Made by a program: the position numbers and the translations under genes
Part shown: positions 15,072 to 29,351 of the stretch, one piece after another
How positions within the stretch are numbered: position 1 is the first letter of the stretch
Layout: every line of letters begins with the position of its first letter
Assembly (NCBI GenBank): GCA_012295275.1
Contig: CM022672.1
Span: 12,524,001 to 12,588,000 of the forward strand
Length of the DNA: 64,000 bases
Reading direction: 5' to 3'
Source: Chrysomallon squamiferum
Lineage: Eukaryota > Animalia > Mollusca
Notes under the pieces: generated by a model
Told to the model about the DNA's origin: nothing
Database searches by the model: none
Seen by the model: the letters and a program-made list of their open reading frames with translations, nothing else

Positions 15072-15658
15072 TATACAGATTTACAAACGGTAATAACAAA
15101 TACGAGTCAGAATGACAGAGAGAAAGATCGAGAAATTCATGCACACCTTAACGAACGAACAAAGAAACAACTGAGGCAACCCATTTCACACAGAACTTAT
15201 TATAATTTGAATGAACAGTGTAAACAGCTTTAAAATGTTTTATTATTATTATTATTATTATTATTTGATGTTGTTATTGTTTGTTTGTTTGTTTATTATT
15301 ATTTTACATTTTACTTTCCTTTTTCTTTTTCTTTTTTCATTGTTTAATGCTTTTGGGAAATCGTCGAATAAAGTCTTGAGACGCTATTTATGGAACAGCT
15401 AATTGAATCAGTTATAAACTGTAAATGTTTTAGTGCTCTTGCAAATATGGATAAAGCGATCAATATCTAGAATTACAGCATCGGATAATTTACCGTGTGA
15501 AACTGTTATTAAACAGTCACATTATTTTTTCTCCATTATTATTTTGCTATATTGTTAAATTATTTAATAATAGTATCCAACCAGCAATCATTTTATACAG
15601 ACATAAAATCTGAGCTTTTACAAATTTATAGTTTACACAAAACGTAATTTCAAATTTT

Positions 15659-15689
<31 letters not shown>

Positions 15690-18600
15690 GACGTTGCAAC
15701 TAGTTTCATAATATACAGCAAAACCGGAAGATAGCCGATAATTCTGTTATCAAACATCGAATGATTATTACGGAAATTTCTTATTTGCATAAATGAAAAA
15801 AGAAAATGTCATCGCTGTTATACACTTTGACATCTATTATTGATTAACCATGAAGGAGTTTGTAGATTAATTCGGATTTTCACATGATGTAATTTTATTA
15901 GTGGTAAATGGTTGCGTAAGTCACTTATTCAAGTCTTACCGAGTTGCTTATAGATAGAATAATGAAACTTAATTCTCGAATAAAGTTAATATGAAAATTT
16001 AATCAGTCTTTGTATGTCTCAGTATATTTACACTTTTTTTCTCAAAATTATTTATTAATCCAAAAAAGAAGTCACAAAATGATGCATTGTGAAGTGTCCT
16101 GCAGAATAAAATTTGAGAGCAAACAAATTATTTGTTCTATTCTGTGTTTAAGTGCTCTCATTTTCTTTGATTAAAGTTAATATGATTGCCGAATAACAAG
16201 TGTACACGTTATTTTTTCAGATCGAGACATTTATTTTTTTAAATTATTATTACTTAAAATGAAAAAAAAAGATCAAAAAAGGTTAATAAATATTTTAACC
16301 AAACTATCCTTTTTATATACTTGTAGAAGCACTAACTGATGTTCTATAAAAATAATAATAATAATTTTTTTAATTATTATTATTATTTCTCTTTTCAAAT
16401 TAACCATGTATTGCTTTTGGGCCTATCATCATTGGTAACAAAGAATAACGATAAAATAATACTGTATCAAAACATACGAACGCCGCCATTTTAGTTACGT
16501 TAACGTGTATGTGACGGACTGAATTGTTTATTTTTTTTTTTTTTTACTTTTTTTCCCAACGCAGTTTAGGAGAAACGTTTACAAAATTGTCCGACCTATA
16601 TATGATATGATCACGACTAGAGAAAAATGGCGGGGCCAAGATTTGTTTAACTATACTCTTTTGTTATTACATTTCGTTATTAATTAACATTAGAAAGCAA
16701 ATTATAAATAAAACATAATTCTGATGTTCGCAGCTATATTTAGACTGTTTCTTCATACGAACAAAACTGCACTTTAAGTAAGTAAAGTATGTCTTCTTGT
16801 TAACGTTAGACCCAAATGCGCGAGCTTACGTGCACACACACACACACACACACACATTATTCATTTGTACATGTAATATATTTCTATCCTTATCTAATTC
16901 TTATCTTATTTCTATCAGTATTTTTTTTGGTTTAGACTTCTTTTATATATGTATGTATATCTTTGTATTATTAATCCTTCAGAAAGAATAGAGTTGTTTG
17001 CTATAGAATCTATTTTCAATAGAATGCATTTTGAATAACGAACTGAAGAATACTGGTATTGGTTTGATAAATTATCTGATATCAAGGTGTGCTTTTGTGA
17101 TTCTGTGACACACGTAAAATATTAAATATAATTAGATACGTTATGTGTGTACGCTGTGTACATTACATGCAAAACGATAAAAGGAATATTATTAAAACAG
17201 AAACGCCCCTGGCAAACGAAATAAAACCCGTATCTGGCAAGCTGGGAGAGCTGATCAAAAGAATATCCTGGAAACTGACGCAGTTTTTCAACAAGATTAT
17301 CAGAAGTAGAAAGAAGGAAATGAACCCTTATTCCAGACATCCATTAAAATCTTTTTATTTGTTTATTTTATTTATTTTTAATTTTTAAATGGAAGTAAAA
17401 TATCTCATTCTGTTAAAATCTCCATGAACTCTGACTGAATGTGTATAAGTATTAAAACCAATTAAATATTCTTCAGTTGGATTTTAATAGTATATATATG
17501 TGTATGTGTGTATATATCGAGAGAATTATATATATATATAATGTTTTAAATTTTATTTTATTCCTTTGTTTAGTTTTTGTGGGAGGGTTGGAATTTGATT
17601 TCATTGTGATGTAATGTATTTTATATATAGCTACAAATATTTTTATTATTTTTAATCAACTGATAAACATCAACAGTGAATTATTATTAAAAACCTACTG
17701 CTCACCTGAAAACACCTGACCGATACTCTTCCATGTAGAGTCGCCTGATGTTCAATTTTTAATTCGCTCAAAACAGCAATGAGTGTTTTGGACACAATTC
17801 TCTCGATGGATTCCCAGAGGGTCCCGGAATCATATCCCATTCTCTCCATGGCTTTCAAAACACTCGTCAGTTTTCTTTTACTACCTTCGTCGTCTTTATC
17901 AGACTTGATAAAATGGCTACTTTTTTTATTGAGAGAATAGTTCGTCAAATGCATGAATGTCTCCTGCAGGTTCTTGTTACTGGGATTCTCGTACGGTATT
18001 GTTGAAAATCTCGCCAGTCCTTCATTACAAATATAAAACTCTACTGGTTCAAGCTTAGTTAGTACAACGTACACACGCAGGTCAAATTTATATCCATCGA
18101 TAAGAAATATGTTTGTAAGATATTCCTGCACTACATGACTTCGACCGTTGTAATTGTAATTCTGGGGATCACGTAATAAATATATCCCTTCGCCTTGAGA
18201 ACCCTCGCTAGGTTTCACGATATACGTAGGTTTGGGTCTTGACTTCTTCTCCGCCATTCTTCTCGCATCCGCTGAAAATTCTGTATACTGGTATGGTAGA
18301 AACCATGTCCTCGGGTAAAAGTTGTATTCGTTTGGAAACAACGTTTTCATGAAGTCCAGGCAACGAAAAAGATTCACTTTGTTGAAGATCTGACCAGCTC
18401 CTAAAGATAGATGAAAAAAAAAAAAATTGTGTTCGTAATTAAAAAAAAACTAAATTTTACCATCTTTGCAAATACTATTTAGCATTGTACAGCTCAGTGT
18501 AATGGAAAAATTTAAATAGTTATCAAAGAAAAAAAAAAAATGGTTAAAAAAAAAAAACGAATTGCAATATTAATTATATTAAAATTTCTTCGCAATATAA

Positions 18601-21600
18601 ATAAAAAGTAGCTGATAGTTATGAATGTAGTTTCCTTTCCACTTTCGTTTTTCAAAATATGTAACTAGTTCAGGAAAAAAATTAACTAACGATCCTTTTT
18701 TTCTTTTTTTCTATACCGATCACAATACTTACCAGGGAATTTATTAACCTTTCCCCGAGTTATGTCTGGATTATCATGAAAACTGGCAGCGTGCCAATGA
18801 ACATCACAGTTAACTTTTCTTCCTCCAAATGGAAACTGGAAAAAAACAAATAATAATTTATTCATATATTTTCATATTAGAAACGTAATATATAGAATGG
18901 TTTCTTTAAATAATTTTTTTTTTTTTAACATGTCGCATCCCTCTGAAGTATTAGGAATCAAGAACAACCATAGACCAATAACGATTTAAACAAAGGAACA
19001 AAGAAACAAAAACAAATTAAACTAATTTATAAAAGAGGCAGTTTTCTGTTCTTGAAGTTGGGATAAAATGAAATAGACTCTATCTTTCTTTGAAGTTAAT
19101 GTTTTATTAAAGCAGTGACTTGAAAGAGGAATTTGACCTAGAACTTCTCAACTTAGAAATTAGTTTAAAAGCGAATGTATTTTTTTTATTGAATTACTGG
19201 TTTGTGATATCAAATATAAAAGAAAATTCCTAACCTAAAGGTATATGAGTTTCTTTGTTTATTTATTTTTTATTTATTTGTTTGTTTGTTTGTTTGTTTG
19301 TTTGTTTATTTAATGTATTTCGTTCCATCTGACTGCACTTAAAAAGTTCCACACCTTAAAAAGTATTATTGGAATTAAATTGGCTGTTGTTTGACACTTT
19401 CTTTATTTTTAAGGATAAATATGTTGTTTTACTGCATTATTCAACGAGTTTTCAGTCACTGTCCAGCAACCAACGTTTATTTCTAGGGCAATATTATGCC
19501 CACTGAACTGATTAGCGTGTGTGCAGTTTATAAAAAGCTGATTGCTTCGCGAAGTGTGTTCTTTCATCTCTTAAATACTCTTTGAATTATCGTTGCTAAG
19601 AACAGTAATTACTTTCACGTGGTGTATTCATTAATAATGCACCTGACTCTACGACCTTTAGATTAAGAGTCAAGAGTCATCTTCAATAAATGAACTAAAA
19701 TATAAAAAATAACAAACAAGTGGTCTTAGGCACGAATGTATTTGTAAAACTCTTCTTTTTTTAAAAAAAAGCTTTATTTCGTAGTTTTGGCTAGGGTTTT
19801 TTCATCCCCCCTTTTTTTTTTTTTTTTTTTTTTTTTACTGTTCTTTAATGAAGAAAGCAAAATACATTTACGAGAACTGGGATAAGAAATCAAATCGAAA
19901 TCTTTAACTATCACACGGTGCTTGTCAAATGTCAAATAGATTTTTGGCGTATCGCTTGAGCAGATACAAGAACCTGTACACCATTATTTAGTCAAGTGAC
20001 TAAAATGGCAGTTGGCCATATACCTTATAATAAGTAGCGTAATCTTTTGGGGTTATTGTTACATGAAGTATGTGTGTCGTAATCTTAACATATTTCTATC
20101 GACTGTATTTGTATCATACGTATACTTGACTGATAACGTGTCGTATTTGTTAGACTCGTAGACGTAGATAGACTGATAAAATCGTATTGTTTTGTTTCTT
20201 GTTTTTGGGGGTGTTTTTTGTGGGGGCCGGGTAGATAAGAAGGTATGTAACAGACTTTACTAATCAAAATACCCGAGATCTTAAAAACCATTCGACCGAT
20301 GATAAATAAATACACGTATAAATATTTGAAATAGATTACCTATTACATGGCAGTAATTTCACTCAGGCAAAGGAGACAAATGCCTCATACCGAAATTGAG
20401 ATTTTTCTTTATATATATAAATATATTTATATATACATACACACACAAAGATTTAATTTTAAAAATACAAGCCACCAATAGCAAATACCAACCAACCAAC
20501 CTAAACTAAACACAACAAAAACCTCAGCAGCCTCCCCTACGAAACTATCAAATCATAGCTTATAATCTCCAAAACTTGCAAAATAATCTTATAAACCATA
20601 AAATCCATGGGTTTTGCGACGCACTGACGTAAATATTAATCACCGTTACGAAAGTCAATACGAGGCGGAATTACTAGAACGCTGTTCAATAAAGCATGAT
20701 GCCTATAGTATCAGCACTGGTAGATAAGTCATGTTAGAACGTGGGCTAAGTGGGAGACACAAACATTAGCTAAGACGAACTGATTAGCATGGGTAAATCA
20801 ATAATGAATCGTGTAACTCACTTGCAAGATGTCACCCATACTGGGATGGTTGGAGGAGGATTTATTAAAAATAAAAGGCAATAAATATGGAACAGCGAAA
20901 TTTCAGTAGTTGTAATATTTAGTGAATCGGTCACTTTTTGGTATTTATTTATTTGATTGTTTATTTGTTCGGTCTTTTCTTTCGCTCATTTATATATTGA
21001 AATATAACTAGAATTCAATTTCACAGCTTACTTTGGATGGATAATATTTCAAAAGCCAGAATTTTCTTAAAATTTTAGTTATGAAATTTTTAATTGAAGT
21101 TGTTTTTACTAGTATATGAATAATACAGTATATAATCTATTTATACGATCTGAAATTTACATTAGCGGTTAACTAGATTAGTGTGACTGTTGTTGATATT
21201 TGTCAAGACATTATTTTGTTAACATTTATTAGATACATAATATCTCATTAATAATGTATAATATTTGAAATATGTTGAAATAAATACTTGAATAATACAA
21301 TACAATAGGATACAAAAAATGCGATATATTATGCACGTATAAATTATAGCACATATAACAGGTACAATTTACTAAACTCATTCATGAATACAGTGAAAAA
21401 AAATAACGATGATGATGATAACCAAGATTTAAATATGCTGAAATATATATTGGAATAATATAATATAATATATAATATAATAATACAATATAATATGAGG
21501 CCTTTTGGGTAAAAAAAAAAAAAAAAAAAATAAGGTTTAAGCCTCCACCCATTTCAGTTTTTCTAGATAGGGACGGAGGCATTTTAATATCTTTCTTTTC

Positions 21601-22097
21601 TTTGTGTGTGTGTCTGTAAATGTGTAGACTGACGGTGTACGGGAAGAAAAAGAAATGGCATACATGGCCAGAAAGCATGTATATTTTGCACATGTATATA
21701 AATTATAGGACACATAACGTTACATGTAAAATTTACATTGATAAGAATAGTTAAAAAACTAACAGAAATAAATGAAATAAATGAAGATGATGACGAAAAT
21801 GACACTATAAATAAAATGTCTAATATTTACCTCCTTCCAACCAAGATCTTCACTACATATTTTCACCACGTCACTATTAGATTTAGCTTTCGATGTGTCG
21901 ATTGTGACAGTTGATCTCGAAATTGTTTTAACTTCTGCTAAATGTTGTAGTCGCTCGCGTCGTTCCCTTGCCTTTTCTGCAGCTTCCCTCCGTCTTTTTA
22001 ATATTTGCAACTGTCGAAATTCAATTGCATTATAGTAGGGACTTTCTTTCCCAATCCTTTCGCGATGCACGGTTGTCATCTTTCCATCGCCAATCAT
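10276..22097 (-). CDS. TTLL11: Tubulin polyglutamylase TTLL11 (TTL/ATP-grasp family); 7 coding exons
   Basis: Exons (minus) 22097-21831, 18835-18733, 18400-17706, 12692-12481, 11986-11507, 11037-10934, 10670-10276. TTL motifs VNKFPG, YNFYPRTW, IVKPSEGSQGEGIYL, VVQEYL, KFDLRVYV, GLARF, MHLTNYSLNK, CFQIFGFDI, LLEVNANPS. TTLL11-type N-terminal TIDTSKAK and C-terminal GPTGFRMFSRKCRL...AAIDILYIDMQRKW...F..F.DA.FEIARRKF. Confidence 0.93.
12874..13489. repeat. Tandem repeat, 3 near-identical units of ~200-209 bp in TTLL11 intron 3
   Basis: Unit acattcacatgcatacacacat...aaggtattgcgggctattatcagttctctggcttgcattaggtcataac...cataagtttata restarts at ~12874, ~13077, ~13277; copies differ mainly in A-run/CA-run length. 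Confidence 0.95.
14721..14771. repeat. (TA)n microsatellite
   Basis: Uninterrupted TA run. Confidence 0.95.
15027..15070. repeat. (CA)n microsatellite
   Basis: Uninterrupted CA run. Confidence 0.95.
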
Positions 22098-23123
22098 TCT
22101 AAAACGTTCTTTGATTTAGTCAGTACTGAATCCAAATCGTTAAACAAAAACAAATAGATTCGTCTGTAACTGGTTTTGAACGTCGTGCTTGAAATGAGTT
22201 TGCCTGCAGGTACACGTATTCCATTTTATTGGCGGCTGAACAACATCTGTCGTCTGCTACAATGGACCAGTCTAAGTTTTGTCAGAAACATAAATGTCAG
22301 TTTGTTACGAATCACATCCCTGATTACAAGTTTAATAACGCAGTATTATTATTATTCATATACTAGGTGCTTCATGCAGACACACATGAATGATGGTTGT
22401 AGAAATATTGCAGGAACGTCCACGATTCTGTATTTTATTTGGAACAGCAAGCTCGCGAAGCGACAATCCGCGGCTTTCGTGAGGGCGATATGTGGTCCCA
22501 TTGATACGCTACATGGCGAATACGTTCTGCTTCGTGAATAAGCGAAAAAAAAGCACAATGATTTCCTCATTGATTGTTTACACGAAGTCTAGGAGATGAC
22601 CTGATCTGACCTCGGTATAATCCTCACAACCCGCGAACTAGCAGCCATATTCCTGTTATCAGTCGCAAGGCGCCCGTTTATTTTGTGTATATTTATTATA
22701 ATTGGAGACAATGTATCGATTCAAGTTTTACGTCGTATGGTATATATATAAAAAAGTCAGGCTATAAAAAAACGCTCCTGTATAAGGTTAATGGGAAGTA
22801 AATTCATAATAAGATAATAAAATCAGACAAATGGAACTGAAGAGCGTTCGTGAAATGATTTTAAAACGGGTGAATATCAACACCTCTGATCTTTAAGATT
22901 TCGCGTGTGACACCTATAAATAAATATATTTATTTTGTCTCAGAGGTAAACATTTTTTTATATTATTATTTTTTTATTGACAACATATAATAATACTAAT
23001 TTTTAAAAATAATAATAAAACATTTAAAAAATAAAAAATAATGATAAATAAAATAAAGTTGAATTAAAGGATCCCTCATGGAAATGTTTACACATCAAAA
23101 ATTATTTCTTTACTGAGGTTTTA

Positions 23124-23126
<3 letters not shown>

Positions 23127-23214
<88 letters not shown>
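23127..23214. repeat. (CT)n microsatellite
   Basis: ~88 nt CT run. Confidence 0.95.
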
Positions 23215-23216
<2 letters not shown>

Positions 23217-24281
23217 GTTTATTCTCCTTTCTCAAATCTTAACAGACCTAAGTAAATCACTGTTGCATAATTTTCTTTTAATTTTTATGTACGAAACGGC
23301 ATCATGTTATTACAATACTTTATTACCAATATAAATGTACAGAAAAAACAATCACTTAGGGGTATACAAAATGATTTTAGGCTATTTGTTCCCACAGTAT
23401 TAAGAGATCCACCAAGCGAAATTAACTCGAATTAAGATTAAAAATTTCTAGCCATTATTTATGGATATTTATTGCTACAAATTATTCTCCGTAATAGAAA
23501 GACCTGATTATGTTTTCTCACAATCGTATTTAATAAGTCCATCGTGTATTAAATGGCAATTTCGCTGAGAATGAAATCGACTTTTGAAGAGTAGCTAATA
23601 ACGCAGGACGTACCAATAACTACATGTTGTACAGCGCTGAAGGAAATCAGTGATAAAAAAAACATAATTAGATTAACATACACCAGAAGTCGCGCAACTA
23701 TGTTTTAAGAATGGTGTTTATTTGTTCATTATTAAAACTTAAATTACAACTGCAACGAATAAGAAAAACAACAACAACAACAACAAAAAACCTCGATATT
23801 TAGAGATGTTATCATAATAATAATATTAATAATATTATCATCACTGACATTATATAAACAGCCAAAAAGTACCATAATTTACAATATAAAATGGATTTGA
23901 TTTATTTTAATGAAATAATTAAAATTTATTTTTAAGGTTCTCAAAACCCGGGTTGAACAAAAAAAAAAAAAAAAAAAAAAAAAAGAAAAAAATAAAACAA
24001 TAAAAAGCAAACAAACAAAAAAAATCAGACAAAGAATAACCCCTCGACTCCAAAACACACACACACACACAAATAAATAAATAAAAAAAAGTCCGAATAA
24101 TATTAATAATAAAGTAAAAAAAGAACAAAAACAAATGTGAAACACCAAATTACCGTTACATATTTTATTGAAATCTACTTTAGTTTCAAAATCCGCTTTT
24201 ATTCAGTTAGACCTGATGCTAATTAACGAAGTCAGAGAATCCTAGATTTGTATTTATCTTGTAATTATCAGCAGCTGATAT

Positions 24282-26682
24282 TTAATTGGACATCATGATT
24301 TGTTTTATCCAGGATACAGCTTTACTGACGTCACCCAGAAACAGAAAATTAAGTCCCTTGACTTTCTGTCCACAGTTGTCTGGATAGCTGTACATAGCGC
24401 GTAACACATATCTGTTTCCTTCTTTGCATGAAATGGGACTACCATCGTCACCCTTAAAATTAATTTAGATATATAATTACAACAAATAAAGGGAAAAGTA
24501 AGAAAAACAATAAAGAAAAGCTTTAACACATAGTATTATAAGAACAAAATAATAGTTCTTTATTAAAGCTAAGTACAGCTGATGTTGGCAAAAATAAATA
24601 TTAAAATAACAACTTTATCATCAGCAAGAAGAAAATAAAACTTACCAAACATGGCCAGACTTTGGTATCGACAGAACAGATAGTCTTCTGAGGAGGTTCA
24701 GAGAGCTTTTGGGGCAGAACATCACTGAATGCCTTGCAGGATGCTACAGGAAACACGGTTATATTGGCTTCTTGCAGTATACTGGCATATGCTAAAAAAC
24801 GAGGTTTTTCATGGTTATACAATTATATTCCCTTCTTGTAACAGAGTGGATTATGTTAGGAATTATGGATATCTAGGTTTTTCGTGGCTATACAGTTATG
24901 TAAATGTAGTATACATTACAGTTAAATTGACTACTTATAGTATTCAAACTTATACGCAAAATATGGATAATTGGCTTTACGGTCATATAGGCTTATTGTA
25001 CGGTACTTGTGTCTTTGCTGCATTCACCACTGTATTTAGAGTTTAGTTTAATTTAATTTTCTGTAATACTGATATGAAGGAGGAAACCTGGTACGTTTTA
25101 CTTTTTACATATAATTATTTTTATGGAGCTGTTTTGGAGTTGATGTAGCTATGTTTTATTGGTGACATCTTCATTTTTCCTTGCACTTAACCTACAGTAT
25201 GAATCGTCGTATCCCCAGCCGGTCACGGCACACTGTTCTTCACATAAGTTCTCTGTTTGTGACGGAAGACATATATGTTTCACACAGTCATTGTACACTG
25301 CTGGTGTCGACAGTTTCACCATTGCGAAAGCATTTGCTGAAAAATAATTTTAAAAAGTATTATTATTTTATGATATCTTGATTTGCGAACGTATAACAAT
25401 TCCCAACAAACAAACAAACAAAAAAACAAACAAAAAAAAAAACGAAAAAAAAATAGAATCTGGACTGATTCAGGATTCCATTGTGATGATTAAAAAAACT
25501 TCTGAAACATCTAATCTAAAATCCCCGTATCATTTTATCTGTCGTATTTTTTTTAATCTTAGTAAGTTATTTAAAGCATTTCTGTGTGTTTTACGAGTGT
25601 ACGTAAGTGTGGGTACGTGCATGTAAGCTTGTGAGAGAGAATGTGTACGAATATGTCTTTGTATGTGTGTATGAGTATAAGATCATGCGATTAGGTATGT
25701 GTAACTGACAATGACATTTATTTGTTCTTGCCTTGTTTGGAAGTATTAGAGAATCGACCAAAAAAGTCAGTCAGTTCTTCATACGTGTTGACACTGGGAT
25801 AGTCCGGGTGGATAAATATTCGATCAATCATCAAGATCTGTTCAGCACCCTCATCGATATTGACGTTATAGTCGCCGGCCACGACAAATGCCTCAACACG
25901 TGGATCTGACGCTGCATTATATTTAGCCGAGCTGTAAATTTAGTGCAAATAAATTTATTAGAGATAGAAAAAGATATAGGTGTATATGGTGGTGGTGTGT
26001 GTGTGTGTGTGTGTGCGTGTGCGCAGAGAGAGAGAGAGAGAATATTTGTGTACATAATTTTTTTTGTTACATCGATTGCCATACATGTAATTTATAATCT
26101 GTTTCACCATTTTCTGTGTACATCAAAACAATGTGTGTTAGTCATTTATTGCGAGAGTGCGGAACACGCACACCAGATTAGAACTTACAGTTTTCCAGTT
26201 ACCTGAACGTTCTCTTGCGACTTTGTTAATTACAAAGCAAATTTACGATACTATTTACCATGTTTTAAAATATAATTTTACGTACTGGGTATTAGATCTT
26301 TTCTGCCTCGTTATAGAGTTGTACCGTACTGCTGCTACGTTAATAATAAGAAACTTTAAACGTCATAAACTTACTACAGGATACATTCAGGCGTTGTCAG
26401 GAACCAATACGGACTTAATAAGATTCCGCCACATTCATGTACGGACGAGACGAGGTTCGGAGGACTGGTTCGGGATGGATTTCTTCGCACGGAGAGTTGC
26501 CAGGGCCAGGAGCACCGAGCAGCATCGTTCCCACCGAACACACGTCGCAGAGGACCAACGACGCCACATGGGTATTCTGTTAAAACAAAAACGTCAGCGA
26601 AAACAAAACAGTCGATCTAATGGTGTTTGGTTAGCCATCGTATATTGTGAAAAAACTTTGGCATCGAACTGGAAATTCTTGA

Positions 26683-26764
<82 letters not shown>

Positions 26765-27354
26765 GCTATGTTTATATATTATATAAAATTGCACGCGCAC
26801 ACACACACACACACACACATATGTATATGTATTAATTTTGTTTTTTATATTTTACACTTGACATGTAATGGATGCTAAACAGCTGACCTGTGCACGTTGA
26901 ACCAGTCTGATAATAACCAGGACCGCAGACGCACTTGTATGAACCGTCATTGTTCATACACAAACTAGCTGCTCCACATACGTGGGAGCCGGTAGCACAT
27001 TCATCAATATCTGCCATATAAAATAAAATAAAATAAAATGAAAAAATAAAAAAACGAAATGAAAATAAAGTAAAAATGAAATGAAATAAATAAAATAAAT
27101 AACAAACAAACAAACAAAAAATAAAATAAAATAAAATAAAATAAAATAAATAAATATAAAAATGAAAATAAAAAATAAAATAAAATAAAATAAAATAAAA
27201 TAAAATAAAATAAAATAAAATAAAATAAAATAAAATAAAATAAAATAAAATAAAATAAAATAAAATAAAATGAAAATAAAATAAAATAAAATAAAAGTAA
27301 AACAAAAATAAATAAAAATAAAATGAAATAAAAATAAATATTTAAAGAAAATGT

Positions 27355-27392
<38 letters not shown>

Positions 27393-28531
27393 AGCATACA
27401 TTAAGCGTTTATTTATTAATTTGGTATATCAAAGTTAGACGTACCTGCACACGTAGCACCATTAAACTGGTATCCAGTCACACATGTACACGTGTACGAG
27501 CCTGGCTTGTTTGTACAAACCGAATTAACAGGGCAGTTGTGAGTGTTGGCTGCGCATTCATTTATATCTGAAATTGTTTAAATTCTTGGTGAAGATTCAG
27601 TTAATTTATAAAAAGTAAAGGTTCAGTTAATTCATTAAAATTAAGCTACATTTTCGTAGTTTAGTGATTGCATGCATCTATGTGAATACGGCAAGTGGGG
27701 ATGACTATCTCTAATAGTGCTGTCGTTTTACTTGGTGCTTTTACGTAGGTTTTTTTTTTTTTTAAGACCCCTTTTTGCCTGTTTGTAATTATTTGTTTGC
27801 ATCTCTGCGACTATGTGAGGGTGTATGTCTTTTGGATCCTGTGTAAGTGCATGTGTGTGTGTGTGTGTATGTATGTGAAGGTTCAGAATGTGTGCGACTG
27901 TATACATGCTTTTATATGTGCGATCAATATCTATGAAAGGCATACACTCACAAACTTGATTCTAGTTAAAACACGATTGATTTCTTTCTGTAAGAATGGA
28001 GAATTCTAAATGCTCTGTTAATGTATCAGAACAAAAAGACATCTCATTGCTAATCCACATTCAGACTCGACGATAATTTCATTAATCATATATGTCTATA
28101 CAGCACTTACTCTGCGCTGTTATACTAACAAAAGGAAATATAATAACAGTAATAAAGGTTCTGTGAATGTAAAGAATATAAATAAATAAATAAATAAATA
28201 AATAAATGTATTGTTGGCGTATGTGACTGACCGCTACATTGATATCCGTTTCCATAGTAACCCAAATTGCAGACGCACGTGTACGATCCTACGTTGTTGA
28301 TACACGTAGCATACGGGCTGCATTTGTGAGTTCCGGTTGTACATTCGTTAACATCTACATACAAAATTTTAAATGTCTAATTTAATGATAAGTATATTTG
28401 ATATGTAACATTTAAATAAACAATTCTCGATTTAAACCTCTCTTTTTTGGGGGGGGGTATTTAATTTCAAATTCTTAAAAGAAGATTAGTTAATATATTA
28501 GTTTCCAACAAAATGATATACAGTATTTTAG

Positions 28532-28590
<59 letters not shown>

Positions 28591-29232
28591 TTTAAAAATA
28601 AATAAAAACTACGAAGGATTTCAAACTGAAGTTTAGAAATGATATTTATCTTTAAATATTTTGCACACAGTGTTAAAAGTTCTAATAACAAAGAAATAAC
28701 TTAAAAAAAATAAAAAATAAAAAATAAATAAAAAATTAATAATACGACTGATTTACAAGGCTTTTGCATGCAGCAGACCATATCAGATGGACATAAATAC
28801 AGTCCTGGCACTAAGGTTTCTGAAGTACAGGTTTTCCCGATCTGGCATCCTTGACCTGGTATGATGTCACAGACTAGTTTGCAAAAAATCAAAAAGATCA
28901 GATATAAACACAATGTAATTTAATTGTTTATTTGTTGTTTTTTGTTTTTGTTTTTTTTCGTTTCTTTGAAGAAAGATTACTTTATCGAGACCTACCTATG
29001 CTCAATATTAACGCAAAGTAGTTTCTGTAACATATGTAATTCCAATTATAATTCCTTTAACTGACATTCTGCTATATCTCTTTTTGATATAGCAGAATGT
29101 CAGTTAAATAGTTTTAAATTTGTACAAAGAATATACATACAATTATACAGTTATTCATTTTTTTTTATTATTATTAATATTATTATTGAAATTATGAAAT
29201 ATTTATGAAAAATTATTAAACAGGCACAACAT

Positions 29233-29269
<37 letters not shown>

Positions 29270-29313
29270 ATAATAATAAATTAACAATAAATAAAATAAA
29301 AGAATGGTGACAA

Positions 29314-29351
<38 letters not shown>

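Noticed and set aside
22176-22570. 121-aa and 72-aa ORFs upstream of TTLL11
   Set aside because: No recognisable motifs or splice logic; CpG-richer likely promoter/5' UTR region.
26157-26786. 209-aa plus-strand ORF
   Set aside because: Antisense shadow of pseudo-protease exon 26576-26375 running into a CT microsatellite.
26832-27397. Long hydrophobic FYFIL-repeat ORFs resembling membrane proteins
   Set aside because: Translation of the (AAAAT)n tract; only 27010-26888 is a real EGF exon.
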